Shown here one piece after another: positions 1 through 9,725 of a DNA stretch of 56,709 nucleotides. The stretch is taken from positions 1 through 56,709 of the forward strand of contig JBIKWF010000014.1 in assembly GCA_044356455.1 (NCBI GenBank), given 5' to 3'. The stretch comes from Bdellovibrionota bacterium. GTDB lineage: Bacteria; Bdellovibrionota_C; UBA2361; JBGSMV01. The position numbers and the translations under genes were made by a program. Each line of letters begins with the position of its first letter. Position 1 is the stretch's first letter. The notes below the pieces were generated by a model. It did no database searches. It worked only from the letters and a program-made list of their open reading frames with translations, and was not told the origin of the DNA.

Positions 1-83
1 ACTGGGTGCTGGCTTTCCATGCCTGTATAGAGGGAGCACCAATTTGGCGTAAAGGCGATGCCTGAGCGACTCAATTTCTTTTC

Positions 84-824
84 CTACTCTGAGGATATCC
101 AGCCCCGAGCAATGGACGCCGCCTGAGCTTCTTCTTGGTTTCTAAAGAGACATACTTGCAGATTATAGGTGATGTCTTCGACGCTCTCCTCTGCCGTGCC
201 GGTGGTGCCACCGACTTCTTCCCAGATCTCTTGTATATCTGGATTAGAAATCTCCACCGAAACGTTCGTTCGCTTCTGACCGACGATGACTTCTATGGTA
301 AACTCGGCGAACAAAGCGCCTTTTACTAACGTCTCTTGCTCTTCCTCCTCTTGGTCAAGATCCTCTTCCTCGTGTTCAAGCGCGCCCTCACACTCAATCT
401 CGTCCTCTGCCAGATCCTCATCAATTTCATCAATCTCAACACCATCGGGAGCTAGCTTCATGAGTAGGTCGTTCACCTCATGAATACTGAGGGAGTGTGA
501 GCCGCGTGGTGCAAGAACGATGGTGCGTTCTAAGCTATCGTCATCCGCGGTTGAGTGGTCTACCAAAACAAGAAGTTCGCGGCATTTTTTTATATTGCCG
601 AGCGCCATATTGATTTGCTCGATTTCGGGTGAGAGAGGCGCGACGAGGTCCTCTTTACCATCTGCACCGGATGGAGTCTTGGGCTTCTCGCGCGGATCGT
701 TTGAAGGGCTCATAAAGGATCCAGATTCGGATAAAAACTCTCTTTGCCGAGCAAGCCCATGGCGTAGGGTCGTAGTCCTCTCGCGAAGGGCGCTCCATAT
801 TACATGGGGCTCAGTATGGTTCAA
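84..824 (-). CDS. Hypothetical protein with highly acidic central region
   Basis: 246-aa ORF 27 bp downstream of livF on the same strand; D/E-rich stretch (EIDEIDEDLAEDE...EEEEQE); no recognised motif. Confidence 0.6.
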   Translation of the reverse strand: MNHTEPHVIWSALRERTTTLRHGLARQREFLSESGSFMSPSNDPREKPKTPSGADGKEDLVAPLSPEIEQINMALGNIKKCRELLVLVDHSTADDDSLERTIVLAPRGSHSLSIHEVNDLLMKLAPDGVEIDEIDEDLAEDEIECEGALEHEEEDLDQEEEEQETLVKGALFAEFTIEVIVGQKRTNVSVEISNPDIQEIWEEVGGTTGTAEESVEDITYNLQVCLFRNQEEAQAASIARGWISSE

Positions 825-851
825 CAGAGGGGGCTCACGGAGTGAATTCGA

Positions 852-1568
852 TTATTCCCCAAGATAGGCTTCGCGCACGCGCGAATCTGTTCTTAAGGTA
901 GAGGTGGGGCCCTCAAGGACTATCTCGCCAGTTTCGAGAACATAGCCTCGATTTGCCAGCGATAGCGCAAGGTGGGCGTTTTGCTCGACAAGAACTACGG
1001 TCATGCCCAGTGAATTAAGCTGCTGAATAGCAAGGAAAATTTTCTGGGCGAGCAGGGGGGCTACGCCCATCGAGGGTTCGTCCATAAGCAAAAGCCGCGG
1101 GGCACTCATGAGCGCTCTTCCGATAGCGAGCATCTGCTGCTCTCCACCCGAAAGAGTCCCCCCGAGCTGGCTACGACGATTTTTAAGGATAGGGAAAAGA
1201 GAAAAAATAGTTTCGTACTCATTTGAGAGATTCGCGTTTTTAGGTCGGGAGTAGGCCCCGAGCTCTAGGTTCTCAAGGACGGTGAGACGCGAAAAAATTT
1301 GGCGGCCCTCAGGGACGTGGGCTAGGCCACTCGCTGGAAGCTCGTGGGCTTCTAGGGAAGCAAGGTCTAGGTCACCGAAACGTAGTGCGCCACTGTTAGG
1401 GGGGATGAGCCTTGAGATGCAGCGCAGGAGAGTAGTCTTTCCCGCTCCATTAGCTCCAATGATGGTAACAATTTCGCCCTTGTTTACGTGGAGCGAGATG
1501 CCTTTAAGCACCTCAACTTGCCCATACCCGGCATGCAGATTTGAAATGCCAAGGATTTCTGATGTCAT
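852..1568 (-). CDS. livF: Branched-chain amino acid ABC transporter ATP-binding protein
   Basis: Walker A GANGAGKTT, HVPEGRQIF, signature LSGGEQQM, LLLMDEPSMG, VEQN, C-terminal VREAYLG. Confidence 0.95.
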   Translation of the reverse strand: MTSEILGISNLHAGYGQVEVLKGISLHVNKGEIVTIIGANGAGKTTLLRCISRLIPPNSGALRFGDLDLASLEAHELPASGLAHVPEGRQIFSRLTVLENLELGAYSRPKNANLSNEYETIFSLFPILKNRRSQLGGTLSGGEQQMLAIGRALMSAPRLLLMDEPSMGVAPLLAQKIFLAIQQLNSLGMTVVLVEQNAHLALSLANRGYVLETGEIVLEGPTSTLRTDSRVREAYLGE

Positions 1569-2602
1569 GCGTGCTGGGCTCCGGTCCCAAGATACGCTTC
1601 TATAACTTTAGGATTACTGCGCACCTCGCGCGGGGTGCCTTCAGCGATGAGGTTTCCGTAGTCGAGCACTGCTACGCGGTCAGAAACGCCCATGACGACC
1701 TTCATATCATGCTCAATGAGAACCACGGTAATCCCGCGCTCTTTAATGCGGGAGATAAGTTGCATGAGATGGGCTGATTCGGTGGGATTCATGCCGGCTG
1801 CGGGCTCATCCAGCAGAAGGATCTCAGGTTCGGAGGCTAGGGCCCGCGCAATTTCAAGCCTACGCTGGAACCCATAGGGCAGAGACCCCGCTGCGTGCTC
1901 TGCGATCTCTTCGAGGCCAACAAAATGCAGTAGTTCAAGTGCGCGTGTCCTGGCGGCACGCTCCTGGCGCTTAAGGGCGGGGAGATGAAGCACGCATCTC
2001 CAGAACCCGGTAGAGAGCCTGCGGTGCATGCCAATAAGAATATTGTCTACCGCGGATAGCTGAGGGAAAAGCCGCACATTCTGGAATGTTCTCGAGAGTC
2101 CAAGGCAGGCGCAGACCTCAGGATTTTGCCGCGATGTTTGCCAGACTTTAAGCGTTCCAAGCGCGCCAAGGACACTACCTAGAAGAAGTGGGCCGAGCAG
2201 CGCTGCGCCAGGTTGCTTGAGAAAATATTCCCAGGCCGCCTTGAGTGAGCCAAGCCATTCAAATGGTTGTTGGAAGACAAATCTTGACGATATCGCCGCA
2301 TCCCAGAGGGAAGAGAGGTGATAAACAAGTGTAAAGCCAAGAGCCGTAAAGAGACCTGAAAAAATGAGGCTCGCAAGAAGCTGCAGGGAGAATCCTTTGC
2401 GGGCAATTTTTTCGTTAATATATACATTTCCTGCGGTCGGCTTATACACGCCTGAGATGGAGTTAAAGAGAGAGGTCTTGCCTGCGCCATTTGGGCCAAT
2501 AACAGAAAAAATCTCTCCGCGGTGTATGGCAAGGGACACCTTATTGACGGCAGTCAGGCCGCCAAATTTTAGAGTCACCGAATCCGTAGCTAAAATTGTC
2601 AT
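1565..2602 (-). CDS. livG: Branched-chain amino acid ABC transporter ATP-binding protein with inserted hydrophobic segment
   Basis: GPNGAGKTS, RTFQNVRLF, LPYGFQRRLEIARALA, LLLDEPAAG, IEHDM; about 90 extra residues between Walker A and the Q-loop. Confidence 0.9.
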   Translation of the reverse strand: MTILATDSVTLKFGGLTAVNKVSLAIHRGEIFSVIGPNGAGKTSLFNSISGVYKPTAGNVYINEKIARKGFSLQLLASLIFSGLFTALGFTLVYHLSSLWDAAISSRFVFQQPFEWLGSLKAAWEYFLKQPGAALLGPLLLGSVLGALGTLKVWQTSRQNPEVCACLGLSRTFQNVRLFPQLSAVDNILIGMHRRLSTGFWRCVLHLPALKRQERAARTRALELLHFVGLEEIAEHAAGSLPYGFQRRLEIARALASEPEILLLDEPAAGMNPTESAHLMQLISRIKERGITVVLIEHDMKVVMGVSDRVAVLDYGNLIAEGTPREVRSNPKVIEAYLGTGAQHA

Positions 2603-2605
2603 GGA

Positions 2606-3667
2606 TTATCTCTTCGCCCCGTGGTGTGGAAGGAGACCATGAGGTCTTAGTCGCATCATGACGATGAGGGCGAGCCCAAGGACGAGAAATTTCCAATTAG
2701 AGGGCGCTGCAAAGACGTTCTCTGTTCCAGAGTAACCAAGAGCGCCTAGCTTTTCGGAAAGCTCTACAAGCAAAATAGAATTAAAGCCCACCATGATGAA
2801 CGCGCCCAGAATTACTCCCGCGATGCTTCCGAGTCCCCCGACAATTACAATGCAGAGCGCAACAACCGATAGCTGAAAGTCGTAGTTGCCGGGTTCTCCC
2901 GTCGAACCGAGAAAGCTTGCCCATAGCGCGCCCGAAAGACTACAGAGAGCCGCTCCAAAGGCGAAGGCGAGCAGCTTAGTTCGGACTACGGGAACTCCCA
3001 TGCAGCTCGCAGCGAGTTCATCGTCACGCACCGCAGTCCAGGCACGGCCCACCGGACTACGTTCGAGGTTCTTGAGGCCAAGTGCGATAAGGGCGACCAG
3101 CGCAAGTAGGAGTAGGTAAGAGCCTGATGGATTATCGCTGCCAACGTTTAGCCCAAGAAGGGAGAAGTGGGGCAAAGGGTTGAGGCCTTGGCTCCCTTTG
3201 GTAATCCCTTCTAGATTTCGAAGTACATCTTGAACAATTTCGCCAAACCCAAGGGTAACTATAGCAAGATAGTCTCCTCTAAGTCTTAATGTTGGGAGGC
3301 CAAGCAAAAACCCAGTGAGGGCACCCGTGAATAGGCTTGCAAGCAGGCCTCCCCAAAAGCCAATTTGAAAGGGGTATACCGATACGGTGAGAATCCCATA
3401 GGTATAGGCTCCAATTGCCATGAATGCGGCAACTCCAAGGTTCAGCAGTCCGCAGCAGCCCGTCACTACGTTAAGGCCAAAGCCCAAGATTACAAAAATG
3501 AGAATCGGTCTCAGTCTTTCGGTAAGAGCAAGGCCGGGGAAAATTACTTCAAGTAGCACAGGGAAGAGCGCAGAAATGAGAACCCACGTGAGGGGGCCAA
3601 GTTGAGTGAAGCCAATAGTTCGAAGAAACTTGGTGGGGGGATTTGCTGCTGATGGGGCTTGGCTCAT
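2606..3667 (-). CDS. livM: Branched-chain amino acid ABC transporter permease
   Basis: GLNVVTGCCGLLNLG, LRLRGDYLAIVTLGFGEI, GRAWTAVRDDELAA; start placed at ATG 3667, which overlaps the livH stop (ATGA). Confidence 0.92.
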   Translation of the reverse strand: MSQAPSAANPPTKFLRTIGFTQLGPLTWVLISALFPVLLEVIFPGLALTERLRPILIFVILGFGLNVVTGCCGLLNLGVAAFMAIGAYTYGILTVSVYPFQIGFWGGLLASLFTGALTGFLLGLPTLRLRGDYLAIVTLGFGEIVQDVLRNLEGITKGSQGLNPLPHFSLLGLNVGSDNPSGSYLLLLALVALIALGLKNLERSPVGRAWTAVRDDELAASCMGVPVVRTKLLAFAFGAALCSLSGALWASFLGSTGEPGNYDFQLSVVALCIVIVGGLGSIAGVILGAFIMVGFNSILLVELSEKLGALGYSGTENVFAAPSNWKFLVLGLALIVMMRLRPHGLLPHHGAKR

Positions 3668-4626
3668 ACCTTCTCTCTCGTCCGCGCGCCAAGAAGTCCC
3701 GAGGGCCGAAAAACAAGCACGACGATTAGGATTGAGAAGACCACCGAATTTGTCCATTGGGTGGCGATGTATTGGTCACTGAGTGCTCTAATAATCCCAA
3801 TTGCGATGCCGCCAAGGCATGCGCCAAGAAGGTTCCCAATTCCCCCAAGCACTGCTGCCGTGAATGCATCAATTCCGACCCGAAATCCCATCTGGAAAAA
3901 GACGGTATTGTAGGTCAAGGCATGCACCACACTGGCAGCCCCACCGAGAGCACCCCCGATCATGAAGGTGCGTCCTATGACCCTATCAACATCAATTCCC
4001 ATGAGCTTTGCCGCCGTAGGGTTCTGGGCGACGGCTCGCATTGATTTTCCAAGAGTAGTGTATTTTACGACATAGGAGAGAAGGGCGAGCAGGGGAAGGG
4101 TGACGGCGAAGACGAGAACCTCGCGAAATGTGATGAAGATGTTGCTTTCTCCGAGTAAATTCTCGCTCGATAATAGCGCAGGGAAATCCTTGGGAGAGGC
4201 TGCCGCGTTTCCAAATCCAAAAACCTCAAGGGGCATTCCTCCCCAGAAAAGCCCAATATTGAGTAAGATGAACGATACGCCCAGGGCAGAAACGAGAGGC
4301 GCAAGCCTAGGAGCGCTGCGGAGCGGCCTGTAGGCATAGCGGTCGATGCACCAATTCAGGCCGCCACAAAAAGGGGGAACTACCGCAAACATGAGCACGA
4401 TAGCCCAGATACTGGCTGCGCTTCCGGGATCGGCTCCTGCAAGCCCCGTTGCTCCAAGCAAGGTCAGTGCGAGAAAGCACCCCAGCATGAACAAATCACC
4501 ATGAGCAAAGTTAATGAGTTCAACGATGCCAAACACCATGGTGTAGCCGAGCGCGATGAGGGCAATGATCATGCCGTTGGAGAGGCCGGTTACAAGTTGC
4601 TGCAGAATGACTTCGAGGTCGGTCAT
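3664..4626 (-). CDS. livH: Branched-chain amino acid ABC transporter permease
   Basis: ALIALGYTMVFGIVELINFAHGD, GKSMRAVAQN, AFTAAVLGGIGN, FRPSGLLG. Confidence 0.95.
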   Translation of the reverse strand: MTDLEVILQQLVTGLSNGMIIALIALGYTMVFGIVELINFAHGDLFMLGCFLALTLLGATGLAGADPGSAASIWAIVLMFAVVPPFCGGLNWCIDRYAYRPLRSAPRLAPLVSALGVSFILLNIGLFWGGMPLEVFGFGNAAASPKDFPALLSSENLLGESNIFITFREVLVFAVTLPLLALLSYVVKYTTLGKSMRAVAQNPTAAKLMGIDVDRVIGRTFMIGGALGGAASVVHALTYNTVFFQMGFRVGIDAFTAAVLGGIGNLLGACLGGIAIGIIRALSDQYIATQWTNSVVFSILIVVLVFRPSGLLGARTREKV

Positions 4627-4710
4627 AGTATTTTAGGCAATAGTGAGAGCGAAAATTTCTTCCCTGTTACAAACTGCGCAATGGCGACAGAGAACGTAGT
4701 TGTCATTACT

Positions 4711-4838
4711 TAGCGAACCTCTGAAAAACTCTTCCTTCGTGCTCTTCGCGTCCTTCGCGTTATTTTGCAATTTATCGCGGACCCTCAGTGTTTGGGTTTA
4801 ACGCGAAGGGGAAGAGGAGGTTTTTCAAAGCCTCCCTA
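4711..4838. repeat. MITE-like element, copy A
   Basis: Ends TAGCGAACCTCTGAAAAACT ... GGTTTTTCAAAGCCTCCCTA with internal CTTCGCGTTA/TAACGCGAAG palindrome; related ends at 11481, 15931, 38881 and 43756. Confidence 0.65.
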
Positions 4839-4840
4839 AC

Positions 4841-6115
4841 TTACGCCCCGCCAAGCAAGCGCTCAAACTTAAACTGACCATTCTCGACTACATTACCACT
4901 CATGACAATCAGAGACGTGTCCCCATTCGCATCAAAGGACCATTTGCCCAGAGCTCCATCGAAGTCTTTAATCTCTGATACTGCCTTTATAATGCTGGCG
5001 CGGTCGGCCTTCCCGGCTCGCTTGATGCCCTCGAGCACAACCTGAGCAGCTTCATAGCCGTAAGCTGCGTACGCCTCAGGGGCGGAGCCGAACTTCTTCT
5101 TATAGTTTTCGTAAAATGTTTTGCCCTTCCCTTGGAGCTGCTCAGGGGGAACGCCTCCAAAGGTTATGTACGTGCGGCCATTAAGATTGTCGGCCCCGGC
5201 AGATTGGATAAAGGCTTGTTCAAAGCAGCCATCAGGAACCATGAACTTCGCCGTCACTCCGCTTGCCCTCAGATCTTTCGCTAATTGTCCGGCGTTGCTC
5301 TGGGTCGTCCCTCCAAAATAGACCAAGTCTGGCCGGCGCTGCCGAATTTTTGTTGCTAGGGAGCGGTAGTTTGAGGAGCGGGGATCAATACCTTCAAATT
5401 CAAGAACTTGAATTCCTTGAGCAGGGGCGGAACGCCGAAAAATCTCGGCGACTCCCTTCCCGTAAAGCTCTCGATCGTGCAGCACGTAGGCAGTTTTTAC
5501 CCCTAAAGTCTTTGCCCACTCAGCTCCCACAAGCCCTTGGATGTCGTCTGCAGGAACAACTCGAAAGAAGTTGAGTGAGCCCTTTGGGCGGTAAACCGCA
5601 GGCTCGTTAGCTTCGCCAATGCCTGGTTTTGTAAGTCCCGGCCAGGTAACCGACGGGCTTACATGCAAAAGTCCCGCAGCATTTGTCTTAGGCATTGAAA
5701 TTTTTGCTGCCCCAGAATTATACGGCCCAATAAGCGCCATGACGGAGGGGTCGTTAAGAGCTTTGTCGGCATTGGCAGCTTCGAGCGCAGGATCCCAGGC
5801 GCCCCTTTCAGGCGAAGCATCGTCCCAGTCTTCATAGGAGAGGGGAAATCCCGCTACGCGTCCGCCCGTCTCCTCAAGGGCAAGTTTTATACCGTTCACG
5901 ATAGAAGTGGTCTGAGAATTGGAGCTCCCGGTGCGCGGCAGACTAGAAACTATTTTTATCGGCCGAGTCTCGGCGGAGGCCGAGTATGAAAAGAGATGCA
6001 GAGAACAAGCCACGAGAGAGAGTAAGAGAAGTTGGCAGATCCTTGGGGATGCGGACCATAAAGTAGGAGGCGTCAGCTCTTTTATGGGCAACTTTTTCAT
6101 CAGCAGTGTCCTCAT
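4841..6115 (-). CDS. Branched-chain amino acid ABC transporter substrate-binding protein (LivJ/LivK family)
   Basis: Signal-like hydrophobic segment, IGPYNSG, FFRVVPADDIQG, YGKGVAE, PDLVYFGG, YAAYGYEAA; first gene of the liv operon; exact start uncertain. Confidence 0.9.
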   Translation of the reverse strand: MRTLLMKKLPIKELTPPTLWSASPRICQLLLLSLVACSLHLFSYSASAETRPIKIVSSLPRTGSSNSQTTSIVNGIKLALEETGGRVAGFPLSYEDWDDASPERGAWDPALEAANADKALNDPSVMALIGPYNSGAAKISMPKTNAAGLLHVSPSVTWPGLTKPGIGEANEPAVYRPKGSLNFFRVVPADDIQGLVGAEWAKTLGVKTAYVLHDRELYGKGVAEIFRRSAPAQGIQVLEFEGIDPRSSNYRSLATKIRQRRPDLVYFGGTTQSNAGQLAKDLRASGVTAKFMVPDGCFEQAFIQSAGADNLNGRTYITFGGVPPEQLQGKGKTFYENYKKKFGSAPEAYAAYGYEAAQVVLEGIKRAGKADRASIIKAVSEIKDFDGALGKWSFDANGDTSLIVMSGNVVENGQFKFERLLGGA

Positions 6116-6367
6116 AAGCCAAACGGCTTTGTGCCAAACGGGGGCTCAGTAAGTCGGCAGTTAACCAGCTCAGAGCTATACCAAAACTTCGCTCAAGTTG
6201 CATCAGGAAGAGAGAGGCCTTCGCTCCCCGTGAACGCTGTCCTAGCTCATAAGAAAAAATTCTCAGATTTACCGTTTCCTGTTTAGAGGGGGTCAGCTAG
6301 TCCTAGTACCTTAAGGAAGGGGCCCCCCTTCTTATCCAAGGACAGGTTAGACGTAGTTAGCAGTACC

Positions 6368-7975
6368 ATGTTTCAGCTCCGAGGTTGGCAGCGCGACGCT
6401 TTTTCTCTCTATGAGCGTCAGCTTGCTGCGGGCGTGCGGGTGGCCCTCTGGGAGGCGACCCCAGGCGCGGGAAAGACAACAGCCGCTTTGCGGGTCGTGA
6501 AGCACCAACTGGTCACCAAGCTTGCGAAGACCGCACTTATTGTAGTCCCGACCTCGCATCTTCGCATCCAATGGGCCCGGGCCGCGGCAAAGTTTGGTCT
6601 TCAGCTCGATAGCGCGTTTGGCGGAGATCGGAAGCAACTGAGCTCTGATTTCCACGGAGCAGTGGTCACCTACCAACAGTTTGGAAATCGCAAGAAACTC
6701 TTTAGGGATCTGGCCTCACACTCCGTGGTGATACTTGATGAAGTGCATCATGCGGGGGATGGATTAACGTGGGGTAATGCCATTCGAGAGAGCTTGGAGC
6801 CCGCAAAGTATATTCTTTGTCTCTCAGGTACTGCCTTTCGAAGTGACAATAACCCTATTCCGTTCGTGCATTACGATAAAGAAGGGATAAGTGTTCCTGA
6901 CTTTACCTACTCATATGCACGGGCGGTAGAAGAGGGCGTCTGCCGCCCCACAGCAGTGTTCACCTACGGGGGCGATATCGCGTGGACCGAGCACGAGCGC
7001 GTATTTTCGGCGAGCTTTTCTGACGCCCTTGATAAGTCGCTCTCTGCCCGGCGCTTACGAGCGGCCCTTGATCCCGAGGCGGGTTGGATTCAGCCGCTCC
7101 TTCGAGATGCGCATAAAATGCTGCTTGAGACGAGAGCCGAGCATCCTTCCGCAGGGGGGCTTATTGTCTGTGCCGATCAAAAGCATGCCAGGGAAATGGC
7201 GCGGCTGATAACTGCAGTTTCGGGCGAAAAACCCACGGTAGTGCTTTCGGATGATAGCGGCGCCTCAAAGAAGATTAAGAAGTTTGCAGATGAGGAGAGC
7301 CTCTGGCTTGTGGCGTGCAATATGGTGAGCGAAGGCGTTGACATACCTCGGCTTCGTGTGGGGGTATACGGCACCACCATTCGTACAAAAATGTATTTTC
7401 GCCAGTTTCTTGGCCGCATCGTACGCAGGCAGACCAAGCCCGCAGGGCTACAAGTATCATACCTCTATGTTCCGGCGGACCCTATCCTTCACGCCCTTGC
7501 GGAGGAGATAGAAGAGGAATGCAGGCACTCACTCAATAAAAAGCGAGATTCCTTTTTTGATGAAGAAGGGCGAGACGCGAAAGAACGCAAGACTCCCAAT
7601 GAACGCACCTGGACTGCGCTTCAAGGAGTGAACAGTGGCGTAGACTCAGTAATTGTTCAGGGCAGTCAGCTCGCGCTTTTTGGTCATCACGCAGATGAGG
7701 TGCGCCAAGTAGTAAATAGAGAGGTGGAAGTTCAGCTTGAGGAGCGGCTCACAAGAAGCGAAACAAAAGCCAAGCTCGCCACGGATATAAAAAACTTGGT
7801 GGGAACCTTGCATCGCCGCTCAGCGAAGCCACATTCGGCAATACACACCTTACTCAATAAAACCCAAGGAGTGCGCAGCCAAACGCACTGTACTGAGCAG
7901 CAGCTTAGGGAGCGCGTCGCGCTGCTAGAGCGTTTAATTCTTACCGATGGTAAGCGGTCGAGCTTGTCCTTTTAA
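6368..7975 (+). CDS. Superfamily II DEAD/DEAH-box helicase (ResIII-like)
   Basis: Q motif LRGWQ, ATPGAGKT, DEVHH, LSGTAFRSD, MVSEGVDIP, QFLGRIVR. Confidence 0.9.
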   Translation: MFQLRGWQRDAFSLYERQLAAGVRVALWEATPGAGKTTAALRVVKHQLVTKLAKTALIVVPTSHLRIQWARAAAKFGLQLDSAFGGDRKQLSSDFHGAVVTYQQFGNRKKLFRDLASHSVVILDEVHHAGDGLTWGNAIRESLEPAKYILCLSGTAFRSDNNPIPFVHYDKEGISVPDFTYSYARAVEEGVCRPTAVFTYGGDIAWTEHERVFSASFSDALDKSLSARRLRAALDPEAGWIQPLLRDAHKMLLETRAEHPSAGGLIVCADQKHAREMARLITAVSGEKPTVVLSDDSGASKKIKKFADEESLWLVACNMVSEGVDIPRLRVGVYGTTIRTKMYFRQFLGRIVRRQTKPAGLQVSYLYVPADPILHALAEEIEEECRHSLNKKRDSFFDEEGRDAKERKTPNERTWTALQGVNSGVDSVIVQGSQLALFGHHADEVRQVVNREVEVQLEERLTRSETKAKLATDIKNLVGTLHRRSAKPHSAIHTLLNKTQGVRSQTHCTEQQLRERVALLERLILTDGKRSSLSF

Positions 7976-7987
7976 GCGTGGTAGACT

Positions 7988-8226
7988 CTAGCCTGATCAT
8001 CTCACAGCCCCCAAGGGCTGTGAGATGATCGGGCTAGCTAACGCCGGACGGCGTTAGCAAATCGCGACCAACGGGAGCATCGCGCCACTGGCGCGTAGAG
8101 ACGCGACGGAGCGCACCGGAGAGCGACGCTGTTTAGGCGGCGCTCGCAGGTGCGCGATGTTGGAAATTCGCCTGGATGGAGGATTTCCAACGCAGTCTCA
8201 CGGACCCGTTAGGGATCCCGTGAGAC
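7988..8226. repeat. Multi-hairpin intergenic element (REP-cluster/MITE-like or structured RNA); probable bidirectional terminator
   Basis: 23-bp stem 7988-8010/8015-8037 followed by four more stems, ending in GTCTCACGG...CCGTGAGAC; lies between convergent genes. Confidence 0.65.
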
Positions 8227-8233
8227 ATGACGG

Positions 8234-8767
8234 CTAGCTCTTACGGGCCGCTTTCTGAAGCTCATCAAATACCTCCTCGATAAAAAAGGTTGTTTTGGCT
8301 GGGACTGATTTTTTCGGATAGTAATCTTCAATCAACGAAATAACTTGGCTTGAGGCCGATAGGGCGAGATATTTTATAAGAAAGATTACATCATCCCGGT
8401 CGCTGCTATCCCACCGGGCACTTATGCACTTCATCGCTAGCATATACCGGGCATCGGGCGCCCAGACTCTCAAGTGGGATAACATGAGCACCTGCTGCTT
8501 CATGAATCCCGGTTGTATGAAGCCTTTGGCTCCGTCGTTTAGCCAGTCACTTCGAAGTCCTTCAGCGATAGCAATTTTATCAGCCAATCTACGAATGAGT
8601 GCTGACGGTTCGAAGATGGCATCGACATCTTTCGTAGATACCCGGGCGTTGAAGACCAGGCACATTACAGCGCCACCAACGATTCCGATTTCCCCCTGAG
8701 AGCCTGAAGCCTTAAGTTCCTCATTGAGCAGTTCGAAAAGACGGAGGATATCATTGGTGCCTAGCAT
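8234..8767 (-). CDS. Nucleotidyltransferase-fold protein (DUF6036/AbiEii-like), putative toxin
   Basis: IVGGAVM...RVSTKDVD (GG + TxDxD), WLNDGAKGF, LAMKCISAR...DRDD. Confidence 0.8.
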   Translation of the reverse strand: MLGTNDILRLFELLNEELKASGSQGEIGIVGGAVMCLVFNARVSTKDVDAIFEPSALIRRLADKIAIAEGLRSDWLNDGAKGFIQPGFMKQQVLMLSHLRVWAPDARYMLAMKCISARWDSSDRDDVIFLIKYLALSASSQVISLIEDYYPKKSVPAKTTFFIEEVFDELQKAARKS

Positions 8768-9340
8768 CTATTTTCTCGCAAGGAAGTTGTCTAAGACGAA
8801 TATGTTGTTCGAGCGGAACGCGACTGGGGACTCAACGAGAGCTGAAGCTTTAAGAGAATTCATCCCGGCTAAAAACCATGGCTTCTCCAAGAAGCAAGGC
8901 TGCTGGCTCCAACGGGGCGGTGGCACTGAGCTTTCAAGGCAGAGCTGACGCACAATAGACGACATGAGCGCATACAAGCGCTTGTCCAGCATCTTGCAGG
9001 GCGGAAGCAGAAGACACTCGGTATCAAGGCTGCTTCGGAAATAATCCACGAGGTCCATAAAATGGATCTTCCATGAATCGAAGCCGTCCTGTAGCACTTT
9101 TTGAGAAGCCGAGATGACGCTGATGTCGGAGCGAGAGCTCTCGTCTGGTGCGCTCGAGAGAGAGAGCTGTATCTTAAAGTAATCGGCCAAAGTCTTAATA
9201 CTCTTCAAGGTAGGATTGCCTGAACTGCTTCCGAGGATCGCGCGTATCGCTCCTCGTGAAAGCCCAGTCCTCTGAGCAAGGTCACGCTCTGAAATTCCAG
9301 ATCTCCTTATTAGATCCTTAAATGGAACAAATTGGTGCAT
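8768..9340 (-). CDS. XRE-type HTH protein, putative antitoxin/regulator
   Basis: ISERDLAQRTGLSRGAI...NPTLKSIKTLA HTH; C-terminal P.W...PWF...ESPVAFRSNNIFV; abuts the nucleotidyltransferase start; ATG 9340 preferred over TTG 9418. Confidence 0.75.
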   Translation of the reverse strand: MHQFVPFKDLIRRSGISERDLAQRTGLSRGAIRAILGSSSGNPTLKSIKTLADYFKIQLSLSSAPDESSRSDISVISASQKVLQDGFDSWKIHFMDLVDYFRSSLDTECLLLPPCKMLDKRLYALMSSIVRQLCLESSVPPPRWSQQPCFLEKPWFLAGMNSLKASALVESPVAFRSNNIFVLDNFLARK

Positions 9341-9725
9341 TATACGACTCCGGTCTGGTACATTATAGTGTATCGCATGCTCGTTGTCCAGTCTGTGATT
9401 GATAGGAGCGAGTTTCAACTTACTGAAATTATTGCGTTATGATCGCTTGCGTCTTCCCTTCTCTGGGGCTGTCGGTCTTGGCTGTAAGGCCTCGCCGTAG
9501 GCAATTCGGAGACTGTTTCTTGCGAGGGATTCTCGCGCGGAGGGGTAAAAAAAGGGGGTTGGAGGCGCTTAGCTTCTGTTTTTGTCTTCGCTCTCCTCCT
9601 ATCGCACACGATTTTCAGGAAATGCATAATATCGTCGGGGATTCTGAGATTGAGCTTGGCAGCAGCATAACATTTCGTCCAACAGGGCGAACATCGAGTG
9701 CCACATATGGCACCCGAATAAGAGA

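Noticed and set aside
3668..3757. N-terminal extension of livM given in the ORF track
   Set aside because: Overlaps livH; the ATGA-coupled start at 3667 is more plausible
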